NCBI GenBank assembly: GCA_965113315.1
Contig: OZ220365.1
Direction: 5' to 3' (one strand)
Source of the DNA: Podarcis vaucheri
Taxonomy: Eukaryota
Length of the DNA stretch: 64,000 nucleotides
Part shown: piece after piece, positions 1 to 13,440 of the stretch
Numbering within the stretch: position 1 is the first letter of the stretch
How the letters are laid out: each line of letters begins with the position of its first letter
Notes under the pieces: generated by a model
The model's database searches: none
What the model was told of the DNA's origin: nothing
Seen by the model: only the letters and a program-made list of their open reading frames with translations
Translations under genes and position numbers: made by a program

Positions 1-31
1 CATGTCCTTTTTTCTGATTTTGCCCTGCTAG

Positions 32-174
32 TGCTAGTAGTTCTTTAAACATCGAAGGAGGAACTTCAAATAACAATGTACAAAATGTGACTGATTTGGG
101 ACACCTAAAATGTTACGATTTACAATTTTTGGCACAACTGTTAGATTCTATCACATTTGTAAACACAAATTGAG
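32..174 (+). pseudogene. REJ relic exon, start of REJ module
   Basis: Pyrimidine-rich acceptor ending AG at 31 and donor GAG|GTAAGT at 174/175. Reads SLNIEGGTSNNNVQNVTDLGHLKCYDLQFLAQLLDSITF, resembling the polycystin-1 IEGG..D..SYD..LSF motif; TGA at 171-173. Confidence 0.65.
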
Positions 175-1064
175 GTAAGTACAGTTCTTGAAACCAGAAG
201 TTCCAGAAAACCTTTCTCTGACCTTGACTTTCTTGAGAAGTCTGTTTAGTCAAGTAGGTTTTTATATTATTTTGTTAATAAGTAATTTAATATATTTTTC
301 ATATTTTAAAAGGAAAAAAACATTTAAGGATTCAAAACTATTTGAAAACAGTTTTATTGCAGAATGATGTGCACCAGTAGCCTGGACAATTTCTGACTTT
401 GAATACACACGATAAAGCCTCCTTATTGCAGAAGACCAGTGTCAGGTAATTTGGATCCTACTATAAATGATGGATTCTAGAAAACTCATTCTGATATGTG
501 ATTTTGAAGCTGAGTATTATGAAAAGCTGTACTCTAAAGGTTAGATAGCAGGGGAATCTACACTTCTGCGTCACAGACACTGGAAATGGCAGAATCTTGT
601 AATGTGTATTCTTAACTAGAAATCAAGAAAAATCACAGCTTCTTGTTACCAAGATTGAAAGTGCAGCAATGGAAAGTGAAGTAAATCACAATTTTCTGGA
701 TCCAACAGGGTAGCTTAAGTATGTCATGGAGCAGCTGATCAACATTACATAATTCTGAGTATGATCTCCAAAACAGACAAGATAACTTTTGTCTTCTGCT
801 TTGAAATGCTGTAGAGTCCCTATGCAGCTCAGGTGGTTAGAAACCATTCTGCCCCTCTCCTGCCCCCAAAATCCCCTTGTACCTTAAAAAAAGAAGTTGT
901 TGCCTGTTTATCACAAAACCAAGCTAGGTGGCATCACAAAACACGACTGAAAAATGAACTGTCTAGTTGCTTGCCATTCCTTAGTGTATAGGAGGCGAGG
1001 GCTGATCTGTGAAGGAGGCAGGCTAGATGCTGGACTCCAAACCCCTACTGACCTTTTCCTGGCC

Positions 1065-1270
1065 TGGTACCTTGGGTTACAGACGCTTCAGGTTACAGAC
1101 TCTGCTAACCCAGAAATAGTACCTTGGGTTAAGAACTTTGCTTCAGGATGAGAACAGAAATCGCCTTGCAGCAGCGTGGTGACGGCGGGAGGCCCCATTA
1201 GCTAAAGTGGTACCTCAGGTTAAGAACGGACCTCCAGAACGAATTAAGTTCTTAACCCGAGGTACCACTG
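1065..1270. mobile_element. Tc1/mariner (Tigger/pogo-like) MITE
   Basis: Left TGGTACCTTGGGTTA and right TAACCCGAGGTACCACTG followed by TA; internal repeats of the TIR; left TIR truncated. Confidence 0.75.
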
Positions 1271-1678
1271 TACTGATTGTCCTTGCTGTAGGATGGCAAC
1301 TAGAGCGGAGGTTGTAGTAGTTGCAGACAGTAGCAAGTTGGATATGTAGTATGGATGCGGCTTGAAAAGGAGATACATTTTCAGGTTTAGAATAGTGGGC
1401 TGTGGCTGCACTAAGAATGGATAGATTACTCCGTAGCAAAAAATTAACACGGTCAATAGAATTTTGAACAGCTGAGGTCATACTAATCCTTTTGTACATC
1501 TGCAAACAAAATACCCAGGGGATTAAATATTGAATGAAGACAAACCTTTGCAGTTCTAGATTCCCTCTCTTTCTGCTACCTGAAATTTGCTGTCAGAATT
1601 TGAGCGCCCCATTTTATTTTTCAACAAACCATGTAGTTGATGCTTGTGTGTAGTTAGTGAGAGTTATTTAAGGCCAGT

Positions 1679-1918
1679 GAAGAAGAGAAGAAGAGTTTGG
1701 ATTTGATATCCCGCTTTATCACTACCCTAAGGAGTCTCAAACCAGCTAACATTCTCCTTTCCCTTCCTCTTCCACAACAAACACTCTGTGAGGTGAGTGA
1801 GGCTGAGAGACTTCAGAAAAGTGTGACTAGCCCAAGGTCACCCAGCAGTTGCAGGTGGAGGAGCGGGGAATCGAACCCGGTTTACCAGATTACAAGACTA
1901 CCGCTCTTAACCACTACA
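1679..1918 (-). mobile_element. tRNA-derived CORE-type SINE (Squam3-like)
   Basis: Minus strand has TGTAGTGGTTAAGAGCGG (A box), GGTTCGATTCC (B box), a CORE-like body and a (CTT)n tail. Confidence 0.8.
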
Positions 1919-1995
1919 TATTTAGAAGAACTAATTGTACACAAACGGTCCCTTTATACTTTGCTGTGAAAATGCACGACATTATATCAAAGTTT

Positions 1996-2374
1996 GGACG
2001 CAGGTGGCACTATGGTCTAAACCACTGAGCCTCTTGGGCTTGCCGATCAGAAGGTCGGCAGTTCGAATCTCCATGACGGGTTGAGCTCCCGTTGCTCAGT
2101 CCCAGCTCCTGCCAACCTAGCAATTCGAAAGCACGCCAAAAAGTGCAAACAGATAACTAGGTACCACTCCGGCGGGAAGGTAAACGGCATTTCTGTGCGC
2201 TGCTCTGGTTTCGGTGTTCCGTTGCGCCAGAAGCGGCTTAGTCATGCTGGCCACATGACCCGGAAAAACTGTCTGCGGATAAACACCGGCTCTCTCGGCC
2301 TGTAAAGCGAGATGAGCGCCGCAACCCCAGAGTTGTCTGCGATTGGACTTAACTGTCAGGGGTCCTTTACCTTT
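1996..2374 (+). mobile_element. Sauria SINE
   Basis: Typical head and CCTTTACCTTT tail; 14-bp TSD TTATATCAAAGTTT at 1982-1995 and 2375-2388. Confidence 0.92.
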
Positions 2375-2475
2375 TTATATCAAAGTTTACCAGGCTTGTG
2401 TGTTGAGCACACTGCTTTATGGTAGTGAGATGTGGGCAACATAACACCCACCAGGAGCGATGCCTTAATGCCTTC

Positions 2476-2726
2476 TGTTAAGTTGTGGGCGAACATAGCA
2501 GACGACACAGCGATTCTTCAAACAGCTCTTCTTTATTCAGATGTCAGAACAGAACTAAGCTGAGGGGCTCAGTCAGCCTGCTTATATAGAGCTCCAGAAC
2601 AATGTAACTGTTGCCATTTTCTAAAACTATCCAATCACTGAACATCACTTTTCGATCCTTCATTTGCATACAAACTATCTACAGTATCCCCCTGCTGGCC
2701 CAGGGTGAGAACTTCAGTACATAACA
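2476..2726 (-). mobile_element. Solo LTR (251 bp)
   Basis: TGTTA...TAACA ends, 5-bp TSD CCTTC (2471-2475, 2727-2731); TATATAA and AATAAA on the minus strand. Confidence 0.88.
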
Positions 2727-4909
2727 CCTTCCTCGTGCACTTCATCCGGAAGATTTTGGGCATCAAGTAGCAGGACAATCTGAAACAAAGATGTGTTCTC
2801 CCAAGCCCACATTCCCAGATGTTTGCATTTCATCTCTGCTTGCTTGGTCATGTCCACAGAATGGAAGATTGCAGGATTCCCACAAACATGCTCTACGGGG
2901 AGCTGGCTTCAGGTACCAGGCCTATTGGCACACCAACTCCGATGTCTGCAAATGTGACACGAAGGCTAGAACCTTAATTCCACCGTGTGGGAATCCCTTG
3001 TAGATGACCGCAGAGTCTGGTGACAATCAGCCAGGTTGTGTAAACAAAGCAGTAACCAGAGAAGGAATGACCACTGGGAGGAGCGCAGAAAGAAAAAACG
3101 CCATGGTACACATGCATCAGCAGAACCGGACAGCTTCATTTGCCCCAGCTGCAACAAAACATGTCTCTCCTGTATTGGTCTCTACAGCCACAGCAGGTGG
3201 ATAATAGCTTGACTTCACCCCCAAAGGCACACTCCTCCACTGTCTCCGGAGACAGAAGGATGCCAGCAATATCAGTTTACTTCTGCTGTTTTTACTTTAT
3301 TTATATTCTACAACAGCAATGCCTTTTCTTTTACAGCTCCGTATTTCACCCATATGGTGAAATGAGATTCATTATGAGTTTTCACATATCATTTTTTCAA
3401 TTGAACCTTTAATAATTTTTAAAATGTAACTATAACTTTATTGGCATTTAATTAGAGGGAAATGGAAAACGCAATCAAAGCTGGTATACCTATAGCATAC
3501 TACAATGTAAAAGAAAACTCTATTTTACATTAAGCTAAAGTACCCTAATTTAAGTTGAATAAACACTTCCTTTGCACATTTACTTGGAAGCAGATCCTAC
3601 TGAAATTAATGGGGCTTTCTTCTGAGTAACTAGGTTTATGTTTGGATACAAATTCCATTGACGAGTCATCCAGCTTAAGTTCTTATTAGCAGTAGTAACT
3701 AAACGTGTCACTGGTTTATGTAGACTGCATTAAAAAACTACCACCATCCATTTTTCAAGGGCTGCATCACCAGTCCTACAGTCCTCATCTGTACCGGTAT
3801 TTTGTTTCTTCTTCAAATGAAATGGTTAATCTCTGAGCAGCAACATGCATAGGTCACTAAGCAGTACGGCAGGCTTCTACATATGATTTCATCAAAAGGC
3901 AGGGTAGAAATTTTGCTTAAGTATTCTTCAGCTGTTCAGAACTGTTTGTTTCCATTACGATGAAATGATAGCTTAAAAGTAGTGTAGTGTTTGTGCTCAG
4001 TTTATTTCCCAAAAGCTACCTTCCATTTAGCAGAATATAATTTCTTATATATTCTATTACCTTCATATTGTCTTTAAAGCTGTTTTGACCCTTTTGGTGC
4101 TTTTGCCTGTGTAAATTTCTTGACCCCCCCCCCCAAAGAGCTAAAGGCTTATCTTAACTCTGCAGTGCCACTTTAAAAGGCGTCAAGTAGTAGGACAGAG
4201 TGGGAGGTGATCTGAATCAATGCTTTTAACTTTTCAGTACAGATAGACTGCAAAGGCTTCTCAGCCTTACTGTCTGAATCAACCTGTTTTACACACCTTG
4301 CCATCCACCTTCAATAGCAGCTATCTTTAGAAGGAACTTCTTACAACTAGACAGATCTAGGGGGCTGGGACGTTGACTGAAATATTTACAACCATAGAAA
4401 TCCTGTGCAAGAGGAGAAGTGGAAGGCTTGCTGGGAACTTCCTGTTGCACTACTTGGGGAAGAGCTGTGCTGAAGGGGATTGGTTCAAACACCTGGGCTG
4501 CATTCCCAGTTCTTATCTGCTAGTTGGGTTGAGACTCTGCCTGCCTCAGAGGGGTTGCAATTTTGAAAGCCCAAGGAGACAGGGACAAGAGGCCCTGGTA
4601 TACTTTTGTTGCTAGACAGCCTTAATGAAAAGACTGAGGAGCACCTGAAAGAGAGTCTGGGACCATGGTTCTCAATGGGCGTGGTGTGCCACACTGGTGT
4701 GGCAGGAGAGGGTGGAAAGAGTGGTGAGAAGATTCAAGGACAATCAAAGCAACATTTAAACATTTCAGTGTAGTATAGTATTTAAAAATAACTTTATTTA
4801 TTTGCAGAATATGGATATGTTTTCAAAATGAGACCAAGAGCATCAAATGATACTGAGGACTAATAAATAATAACAACATGCTAGTTAATATGCTAATTTA
4901 TCAACTACT

Positions 4910-5078
4910 TTTAAAATGAGGCTGCATTTTAAATTGCATTTTAACCTGTATTTTAAATTGGTTTTTTCTTTTCCCCCTATTATGTTTTTACTGTGATTTT
5001 ATTGGTGTTAGCTGCCCGGAGCCCGGCTCTGACCGGAGAAGGCGGGGTATGAATAAATTTTATTATTATGATGATGAT
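4910..5078 (+). mobile_element. LINE (L2-like) 3' tail
   Basis: T-rich body, GC-rich terminal stem GCCCGGAGCCCGG..GGCGGGGTAT, AATAAA and a (TAT/GAT)n tail. Confidence 0.55.
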
Positions 5079-5718
5079 CCAGAATCACTGTTCGAACATA
5101 GTACTAGAGACCAGCAATGGCTATTCTTCTACATTACCAGAAGTAATGTATTTAGTGTTAACTCCGGAAGTGTATACTCGATTCTGACCAAATCAAGGCT
5201 CCTGGTGTATATTGTTCTCTGGTTTGGAGGCTTAGTACCCACCCCTTATGCTGTCATGACTTAGCTGAATAGAGGTCAGGTGAGTGGCACAACCTCAACA
5301 CCTGTCCACTACTTTCTAATGCTAGAGGTGCAGCGCTGGCCTTTTATATGGCAAGTCAGCTGTAGCTAATGTGTCACGTTATTTCACGTAGAGAGCTGTA
5401 TTGCCAGAGCAGACTGTGTGATGACTGAGATGCTGCTATGTTGCTGAACATAAATAACTATATAATTCCTATCATCACACACACTATTATCTACTGCACA
5501 ACAGCAACATTTGCTGGTGGTGTTAAGACACATTCTGCTGTGATCTCACCAGCCAGCCAGGGACACAAATATCGTGGCAGTGCTTTGACTCTGCACAACC
5601 TAGAAGACGACAAGTAGACTGGATTTTAATTCAGGAATAATTTCAGCAGCCCACCTACTGCCAATAGAGCTGACATTTCTAAAATAAAGCTCTGCCTCAA
5701 AATAATGTTTTGTTTTAG

Positions 5719-5946
5719 ACGGCACTAGGACTATATGATATATAAGAAAGGGATTATTATACTTTTACTTTTCAGGGCAAGCACAGAAGAAAAGCCTCAC
5801 TCAGCAGGTTTCTTCACATTAACTACCTTTTGGACAGAAACCTGCAGCGAAGCTTGCAAAAAACACTTAATACATAATTTACTATTGAATGAATGCACCG
5901 ATTTGGGTGTTCTAATTAGAGCGTTTACTATACAGCAGTGGTGCAG
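5719..5946 (+). pseudogene. REJ relic exon
   Basis: Acceptor ttttgttttag (ends 5718) and donor CAG|GTAGAT (5947). YYTFTF, a frameshift, then CTDLGVLIRAFTIQQWC, resembling the REJ YTFTL and C..P..G.ALxT.F.+.C motifs. Confidence 0.6.
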
Positions 5947-8899
5947 GTAGATAATTTCAGAACCTGGACTTAATGGTCTTACAAGCTACCCTCCCCCCCC
6001 CTTTAGATGGCCGCATGTATTACCCCAGTTGTGAAACAGAATTAACATTTCTCTCCTCACCGCCCCAGGTCATTCTATGCTTTACAGCTGCTTCTATATT
6101 CCTGATATGTGAGATTGAAACACAGACAGCCCCAATTTAAACAAGAAATATTCTGAGCAGGTGTAGTTTCATGTTTTAAACTCAGTTAAATAATAGGATC
6201 ATCGTGACTATGGGAATAAAATGGAGTTTGCTTCTGTTGCCCTGCTGCTACACACATTTTTTTGTGAATGTAGATCACTTTGCTGTGGGAAATATATGTG
6301 TGTGTATATAATAAATAATAATGATAATAATAATAATAAAGGTCTAGAACTCTGTAGACATACACACTGTATTTACTTGAATGTAATGCACACCTTTTTT
6401 GGCCAAATTATGTCACGGAAATTAGAGTGCACATTAGATTTGATGGTGCATTTACATTTGCTAGTAAATACTTCTTTGGTTTCGAGGTTTTGAAAATTGA
6501 GGTGCACATTAGAGTCACATAAATATGGCATTAAAAAGAAAGGATATTGCAACAGTCAGCATCAGCACCATGTTGGTCCAGGTCCTGACACCAGGCCTGT
6601 TTGCTGCTGCCCCTATCACCTACCACTCACTAGTTGTTGTCTGCAGCTGAAATACTAAGAAATACAACAACTGATTATCAAATTAAACAAACAACTACAC
6701 TTGGATCTTCGGAAAGCAGACCATAGAGGTATGCATATTTTAAACAGAGTACCGTTTATTCATCTATGCAGATAGAAGTGCGTTGTGCTTTGTGTGTGTG
6801 TGTGCACGTGGGGAGGGGCAGGGAAGTGCTTTCTACCACGAAAACCCAGTATCCATCCCACAAAAGATGTATTAATTAATTTATTATTTTAGGAATTTAT
6901 ACCCCAACTTTTTCATAAAAATGTTTGGCTTCCTCCAGGATACCAACAATAATTTATTTGTTTTAAAATCCTTTTTTACTACTACTACTACTACTAATAG
7001 TAATAATAATAATAAATCACAGTAAATGCAGCAGGAACAAAGTCAGGAAAGGCTCAATATGCTGGTATTAATTGCCAGGCAAAGCCTAGAATAGGAAGTA
7101 GTCATTCAGCAAGTGCCAGTAATGAAGGAAAAGTAGACGCTTGCCTTATCTCAGAAGGGGAGCTTTTCTATAAACCATGTGCAATAACAGAAAACATCCA
7201 CCTCTTTCTTGTTGCAAATAGACCTCCACTGACTGTGGAACAAACAGGAGGGCCTCATTTGACAATCTTAGGGGAGAAGGCATTCCCTTAGAGAACCTGG
7301 TCAGAAGTTGCTTACGGCTTTATAAATAAATATCAAAAACTTAAACCTGGCCCAGTAGCATGCTAAAACCAGTTCAATTTTTAAAAAAATCAAAAATGGT
7401 GTCGCAAATTTGCAATAAATTGCCCCAATTAGAAAGCTAGCCATTGCATTCTGCACTAACTGCAGTTTCCCGACTGTTGTCTTGTTGGGCTGTGTATAAG
7501 TGCTGCATTTTGACTAATAACTAATCAAGGATGTTATTTGCAGGAGGCAAAGCTGCTCAGGACCCCTTCACATGCAAGCAAAATTGGCTGCTGCACATTA
7601 CTGCACAGACACTGTATCCGGAAGTGTAGCCAGCCTTGTAAGTTCACATACATCGCATGCACATATGTGCACATTAAAAACGTGTGAGCAGCCCATCAGA
7701 AATTTTCATAATTTCCTTGCTTTATTTCACTCACATGAGATGCTGACCGTACCTGCTTTGTGGTAGTTTGTCACATCAATATATGTGTTTACTTTGCCCA
7801 CCACCACTTAAATATTTAATTGGCAATTAATATGCTGAATTTTTACTATATTAATCAGTAGGTGCAAATGTTAAACAGCGAGGCTGAGTCTTAAACACAC
7901 AGTTCTTTTTAAAGCTATTTTGGTTCTAGTGTAACTGTAACGGAGAATGAAAAAGGATATTCTGAGTGATCAAAAATGAACGTCAGCTTTTCCTTAATCC
8001 ACTGTGTGCTCTCATAGTTCCTTCAATATCTCAAAAAGGCCCCTTCATTTATATCAATTTGAAATTTAAATTTAAATTATTTTGTTGAAAGTCACGATGA
8101 TTAATCGACTAAAAGGTTTAAAATCGGTAGATAGCTCCACTTATAATATGTAAGCAAAACAATTCAACAGCTGCAAGAGCCAATTCCCAAGAGACAAGAC
8201 TGTGAAAGCAGACAATATACTGTTCTAACCAAGTAGGAATAATTGATCTTTCCCCCATATATCTTATTGTGACAAATGGAATGTGTTTGTACATTATGTG
8301 TTTTACATGTACATTAAACAGACATGTGATGTAAGGAAACTGTATACTTGAATGCATAGTGAATAACTGATTTGGAAGTAGCTCATTTAGTGAATGCAAA
8401 AACAATAAATATGCGATAAAAGCTTTAGAAATATATTTGAATTCTTAATGGCTTTCAAAGAACTTCTGTTAGATATAACCAGTTCATATTAGTTTTATAA
8501 ATACTTGATTTAGTATCAATTGTAGATAGAAATATAAACATTGAACTACATTAAAATACCTACAAATAAAGGAACAATCAGTAGACCTTCCGAGTCACCG
8601 AATTAATCATTCTTGAAAGATATTGTTATAACTTTGATAAAGGAAATCTGCAGTAAAACATTATTCCATTCTTCCTTAATTAAGTTGCTTCCTAGCAATG
8701 TGATGCTTCAGAAAAAAGTGCTTTCGCATCAGGAAAGGCTTGCATTATGTCCACAGAAAACTTTACTAATCTTGTGTGCCTAAACTCAGTTGGTAGTAGT
8801 TTGCGGCCTTATCAAGCTTTTATGAATATATATGATGCTGCCTTATACAAAGTCTTTGGGGCTTTTAAATCTGAAAAAGGCAAGTAAAATAGAGGCATA

Positions 8900-9673
8900 T
8901 AAAATTATACACACTGGCAGAAAGTAGGATGTGAATGTTTTCTTCTTCCCCTAATACTATAACTAGGTAAAGGTAAAGGGACCCCTGACCATTAGGTCCA
9001 GTCGTGGACGACTCTGGGGTTGCGACGCTCATCTCGCTTTATTGGCTGAGGGAGCTGGCGTACATGTGGCCAGCATGACTAAGCCGCTTCTGGCGAACCA
9101 GAGCAGCACATGGAAACGCCGTTTACCTTCCCACCGGAGCGATACCTATTTATCTACTTGCACTTTGAAGTGCTTTCGAACTGGTAGGTTAGCAGGAGCA
9201 GGGATCGAGAAACAGGCATTCACTCTGTCGCAGGGATTCGAACTGCCAACCTTCTGATCGGCAAGCCCTAGGCTCAGTGGTTTAACCCACAGCTCCACCC
9301 GCATGCCTACTAGAACTAGGGCTCATCAAATGAAGATGAATGTGCAAAAGGAGGCATTTCCTCACACAGCATGTAATTAAAACTACGGAAATTTATTTCA
9401 CAACATGTAGTGATGGCCACTAACTTGGAGGACTTTAAAATCCATGCATAAGACTATCAAAGGCTACTAGTCATAATGGCTATGTACTACCCCCAGTGTC
9501 AGAGGCAGTATGGGTCTGAATCCAAGTTGCTGGGAACACAAGAGGGAAGTGTGCTGTTGCACTCCTGTCCTCCTGCTTATGGGCTTTCCCTAGTTATCTG
9601 GTTGGTTACAGTGAGAACAGGGTGCTGGACAAGGTGGTTTTGGTCTGATACCAAAGGACTCTTGTTATATTCT
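8900..9673 (+). mobile_element. CR1 LINE 3' end, split by a Sauria SINE
   Basis: ORF2 C-terminal relic (..NTxTRxHQMK..) across the SINE junction, followed by a squamate CR1-type 3' UTR ending TTATATTCT. Confidence 0.7.
8968..9307 (-). mobile_element. Sauria SINE
   Basis: Reverse-complement tail TAAAGGTAAAGGGACCCCTGACC; 13-bp TSD with 1 mismatch (8955-8967, 9308-9320). Confidence 0.9.
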
Positions 9674-10268
9674 GAAGTCAGGTTATAGGTCCGCTAGCTC
9701 TAGGCAGCCTAATGTGACAGTGGATGGGTCTTTTTGAATGCTGTTACCTGAGACTTTAACTGGAAAGGTTAGGGATTGAACTTGCAACATTCCATGCACA
9801 CCATAACACTGTTTAAACCTTTCTCCAGAAAGCTCCCCATACCCAGAGGATTCTTAATAACCATAGGAGACTAGATAAATGGTTATTTACAGAATTTAAA
9901 AAGGAATGGCATATGTTGGAAAGATACACAACGGCAAGGTTTTGGATGACCAAGGTTTATGATTCTGGGAACAAGTGCTCCTTCTCTGCCTCACCCCTCT
10001 AATCCTGGCTCATTATCTTGGCTTGTTAACTGACAGTAAACCAGAATCATCCTGTTCAGATATAATGGGAACTTGGGCTTACAGCAAGCCAAGAATGAAG
10101 CTGCTGTGTGAATGGAAGAACATTTGATCCAAATTCTCATTCCTGGCTTCATAAACCATCAACTTAAGAAATAGCTTGAACGCTGCCAGCAAATGGTAGT
10201 TTAAGATGATGCTAGTGATGTATCTTAAAATGAAATATCTAACGTAAGGAGGCTTAGACTTGAATAAC

Positions 10269-11040
10269 TGTGTAGTATACAGTAGGCATACACTTCTATG
10301 TAACTTCTCCCCATGGGCTTATTATTGATTTTAGATAGTAGCAACTGATGACATTTGTAAAAGGAGAATGAAATATCATGCCATTCCACTCCATACCACC
10401 ACATATTATTGTTAAACTGTTCTACAGGGCAAGTCACTCATCTGACCAATGTCTTGAAAGATGCAAAATATTAAACACAAGGCTGTGTATTAAGATCAGT
10501 GCCCTAACCCCTCAATCCATGTGGAACCCATCTTCCAAGAATTGTTTCCTCACTCTCTACAGATTCGTAGCAGATTCATTTGTGTGTATAAAAATTAACA
10601 CTACTGAGTTATCCTCTCACATTCTACAGCTTAGGGACTGCACATGGGTAAGGTAACACTTCAAAAATGTAACATTTAGCTGATCAGCTGTTTAGAAAGA
10701 GACAGAGGGTGTTTAATCCAGTCCTCCTGTCCACCAAAGAGCCAATTTGGGGGACTCCCCCTCCCCACACCACCTTTGTATCAGGGCACTGGTTCTGAGC
10801 TGTTGACACCTCAAATGTTGTTTTCCCTTCTATTATCTTGAGGCTTGCTTGGTGATGATACCAGAAAGCGAATATCAGGATCAATCTTTGAGAAAGATCT
10901 TATTTGTAGCTTTGAGGAACATTTCTGTAAATGTTGTAGAAAGTTGTAAGTTGACTCAAGCTTTCTTTCAATTAGTGAACAAAGCCCTTGACTTCTATGA
11001 AATAATCCTAATTTTTGAAATAGATACACAGCATCAGAAA
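10269..11040 (+). pseudogene. REJ C-terminus and start of GAIN relic
   Basis: CVVYSRH / LLPMG (shifted frame) / IVATDD resembles the REJ Y.G..LP.G..V.D motif. ORF 10849-11049 contains QSLRKILFVALRNISVNVVES, resembling the GAIN-A R+.+...L.+++V.+V helix. Confidence 0.6.
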
Positions 11041-13440
11041 CTACATTAGCATTAGGTAGCTCACTAGTCTGCTGTGTTGTAGCTTCTTAGCAGATTGGTT
11101 TAGCTTCATGACAGTAATTGTCATTAAGTAACTGTAGTGAAGTGAGGTAGGCAACTGCATTTAGGTACAAAAACCAATTGAAAGCAGTACTGTGAACTAA
11201 AAATTACAACTTTCCAAAGGTACAGGCCTTTAGCTATTAACTGACTGTTGTTGCAGGGTTTTCAGGCGATGAGTGTAATACTTTGTACATGTGTGTTTTT
11301 AAATAGTTTTGTTTTAGTGCCGTTTTTAATACGGTTATTTATTTGTTTTTTAATATTTATATTTATTGTGTCTTTTAGTTGTAACTGTATTAATATATGC
11401 TGTAAGAAGTCTTGGGTCCCGTACTGGGCAAAAGGCAGCATGTAAATAAAATATAATAAATAAAAATAATATGTATCTATTTAGAACTGCTAGTATGCAG
11501 GTTTGCTTATTAATAGTCTGAGCCAAACTTAAGATCCTCTGGGATGAGAGTGTTTAGATTAAGCAGATCCTAGACTTTCTTTCTAAGCTGGGGCTTTGGT
11601 GGTCTAAGCCCCTCACCCTGGTTGGGCTGGAGATAAGGTGGTGGAACTTAGAACAACATAAGTCCCCGAAAAGGGATGATCTGGGAGACAGGGCAAGCAG
11701 AAACCTATTCCAAAACCTGTTCAGCCCAGTCATGTCACCTAGGGCCCACTCCTCAAAACTCATGTCCACACTCACCTGCCAGTTTAGTTGGCAACAGTCC
11801 CTCCCAGAGGCTCCTAAATGCCATAACTTCCTGTAGCTAGGATTATTCTGCTAGTCCCCATCCACAATACTCACATGTCATGACTGAACTTCTAGGACTG
11901 AAATTACATGAAACGTCTAAGGGAAAATATGTGCAAATGTTAATCCTGGACAATGTTTACATAATTAGCGTTTAGAATACTTTGATGCACACTTGTATGT
12001 AAAATTTAACAAGAGAGACAAAATAGTAAAAAATAACCATATAGGAAGAGAGCCAGAGTAAGAAATATTAAAAAGGCTATGAAGTTCATTGAAAAAAATG
12101 TTTGCAAGATATCTCAACTACAGGCATCGACCCTCACATATATTTTTAGCACTACTTCCCACTATAGAATGTGACAGTTTTGGATAACTTTAATTCCATG
12201 ACTATGTTTCAGGCCTTTGATTGTGCAACAAACAAATTCAAGAATCTACCCTCACATATTCTCAGTGTATTAGCCCTGGCAACTTGCCTATCGTACTTGT
12301 TCCTCATTACTAAAACTACAAGTTGAAAAGTACAAAACAGGCAAGGCAAGAGATTCTGGGTTTTTGCAGAAATGTATTTGTATAGTCATTTTAAACAACT
12401 TTTCACAACATTCCTCATTTCACCACTTTCCTCAACAGGGTGTGTGCCAGCAAAAACGTTTATGCAAATATATTGATAATGCACTATAAATGGGTCTGAA
12501 AATGGTACTGCATAACTTATCAATCCATATTCATTAGAGGTCCTTTACTCATACTGTGTTCCACTAGTATGTTAGTTATGATAAATATGTAGAAACATTG
12601 CTATTTCCTTTCGAAAATAAAGTATTTCCTGCTATTTTATTATAACAGTATGTTTAGATCCAAGTGTGTTGTTCCACAAGCAGAAAGCATTTTCTGCTCA
12701 TGGAAGGGCTATTTCTGACATAGCATTATGTGAAAGAAAGTGCAACACAATTAGTGCAAATCACTGCACAACCACTTGTGAAAGACAGTTTGCTATATCT
12801 CTCTGGTTTCCATTGGTTGGCATTAGAGATAGCATGAGCGTTGCTCTCAACTTCTATGAATGGAAGGGGGAATTTGATTCTTAAGGATTCCTTAAACCTC
12901 TGCTCCAGAGGATTGTGAAACCTTTCAAAAAGCATGGAAGGTGGCTCAGGTTGATTGCAGAAGGAGGGAGTAGGTGAAAATCACATTTTTTCCCTTTACA
13001 TTTGCAAGAGCCTCTAGTAGAATAAAGGCCCTTGCAGATGTGGAAGGGCACCTTTGCATCTAGCTCCAAATCTTCCAGAAATGCTTATGTTTAAATCACA
13101 CATTTGGAAGCAAGCCCTAATGGATAAGGTGTGAGAAGCTCCCCATTGCAAAGCAAACCTTAATGGCTGGGGTGCAAAGAGTTCTGCATTGCAGAGTGAA
13201 TATTGCAATGTAGAAATAGTTGCACCCTAGCTCTTAGAGCTTGCTTTGCACTGGGGAACACTTCTCAAACAACATGGGCCCCCCTATCTCCCTATAATTG
13301 ATCATGCCTAGATGCAGTGCTTATACACTACAGTATGGACCATACTTTGTTTCCATACTGTGGTGTACCTCCAGGTACTTTGTTCCATGAAGTTTTCAAA
13401 CAGTTCATGAAACAATAATAAGCATAGTTGTTCCACTCAT

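Larger units (their letters stand above)
1965..3272 (+). mobile_element. RTE-clade LINE 3' fragment interrupted by a SINE and a solo LTR
   Basis: With inserts removed: IKVYQACVLSTLLYGSEMW, LGHVHRMEDCRIPTNMLYGELASGTRPIG and C-terminal FICPSCNKTCLSCIGLYSHSR. Confidence 0.85.

Noticed and set aside
1215-1505. Minus-strand 96-aa ORF with an acceptor-like ttttgtttgcag
   Set aside because: No recognisable protein, runs into a MITE, and is antisense to the REJ relic.
12516-12536. LINPYSL as the GAIN NPF motif
   Set aside because: A much longer and better-ordered match lies at 13441-13617, so this one is probably chance.
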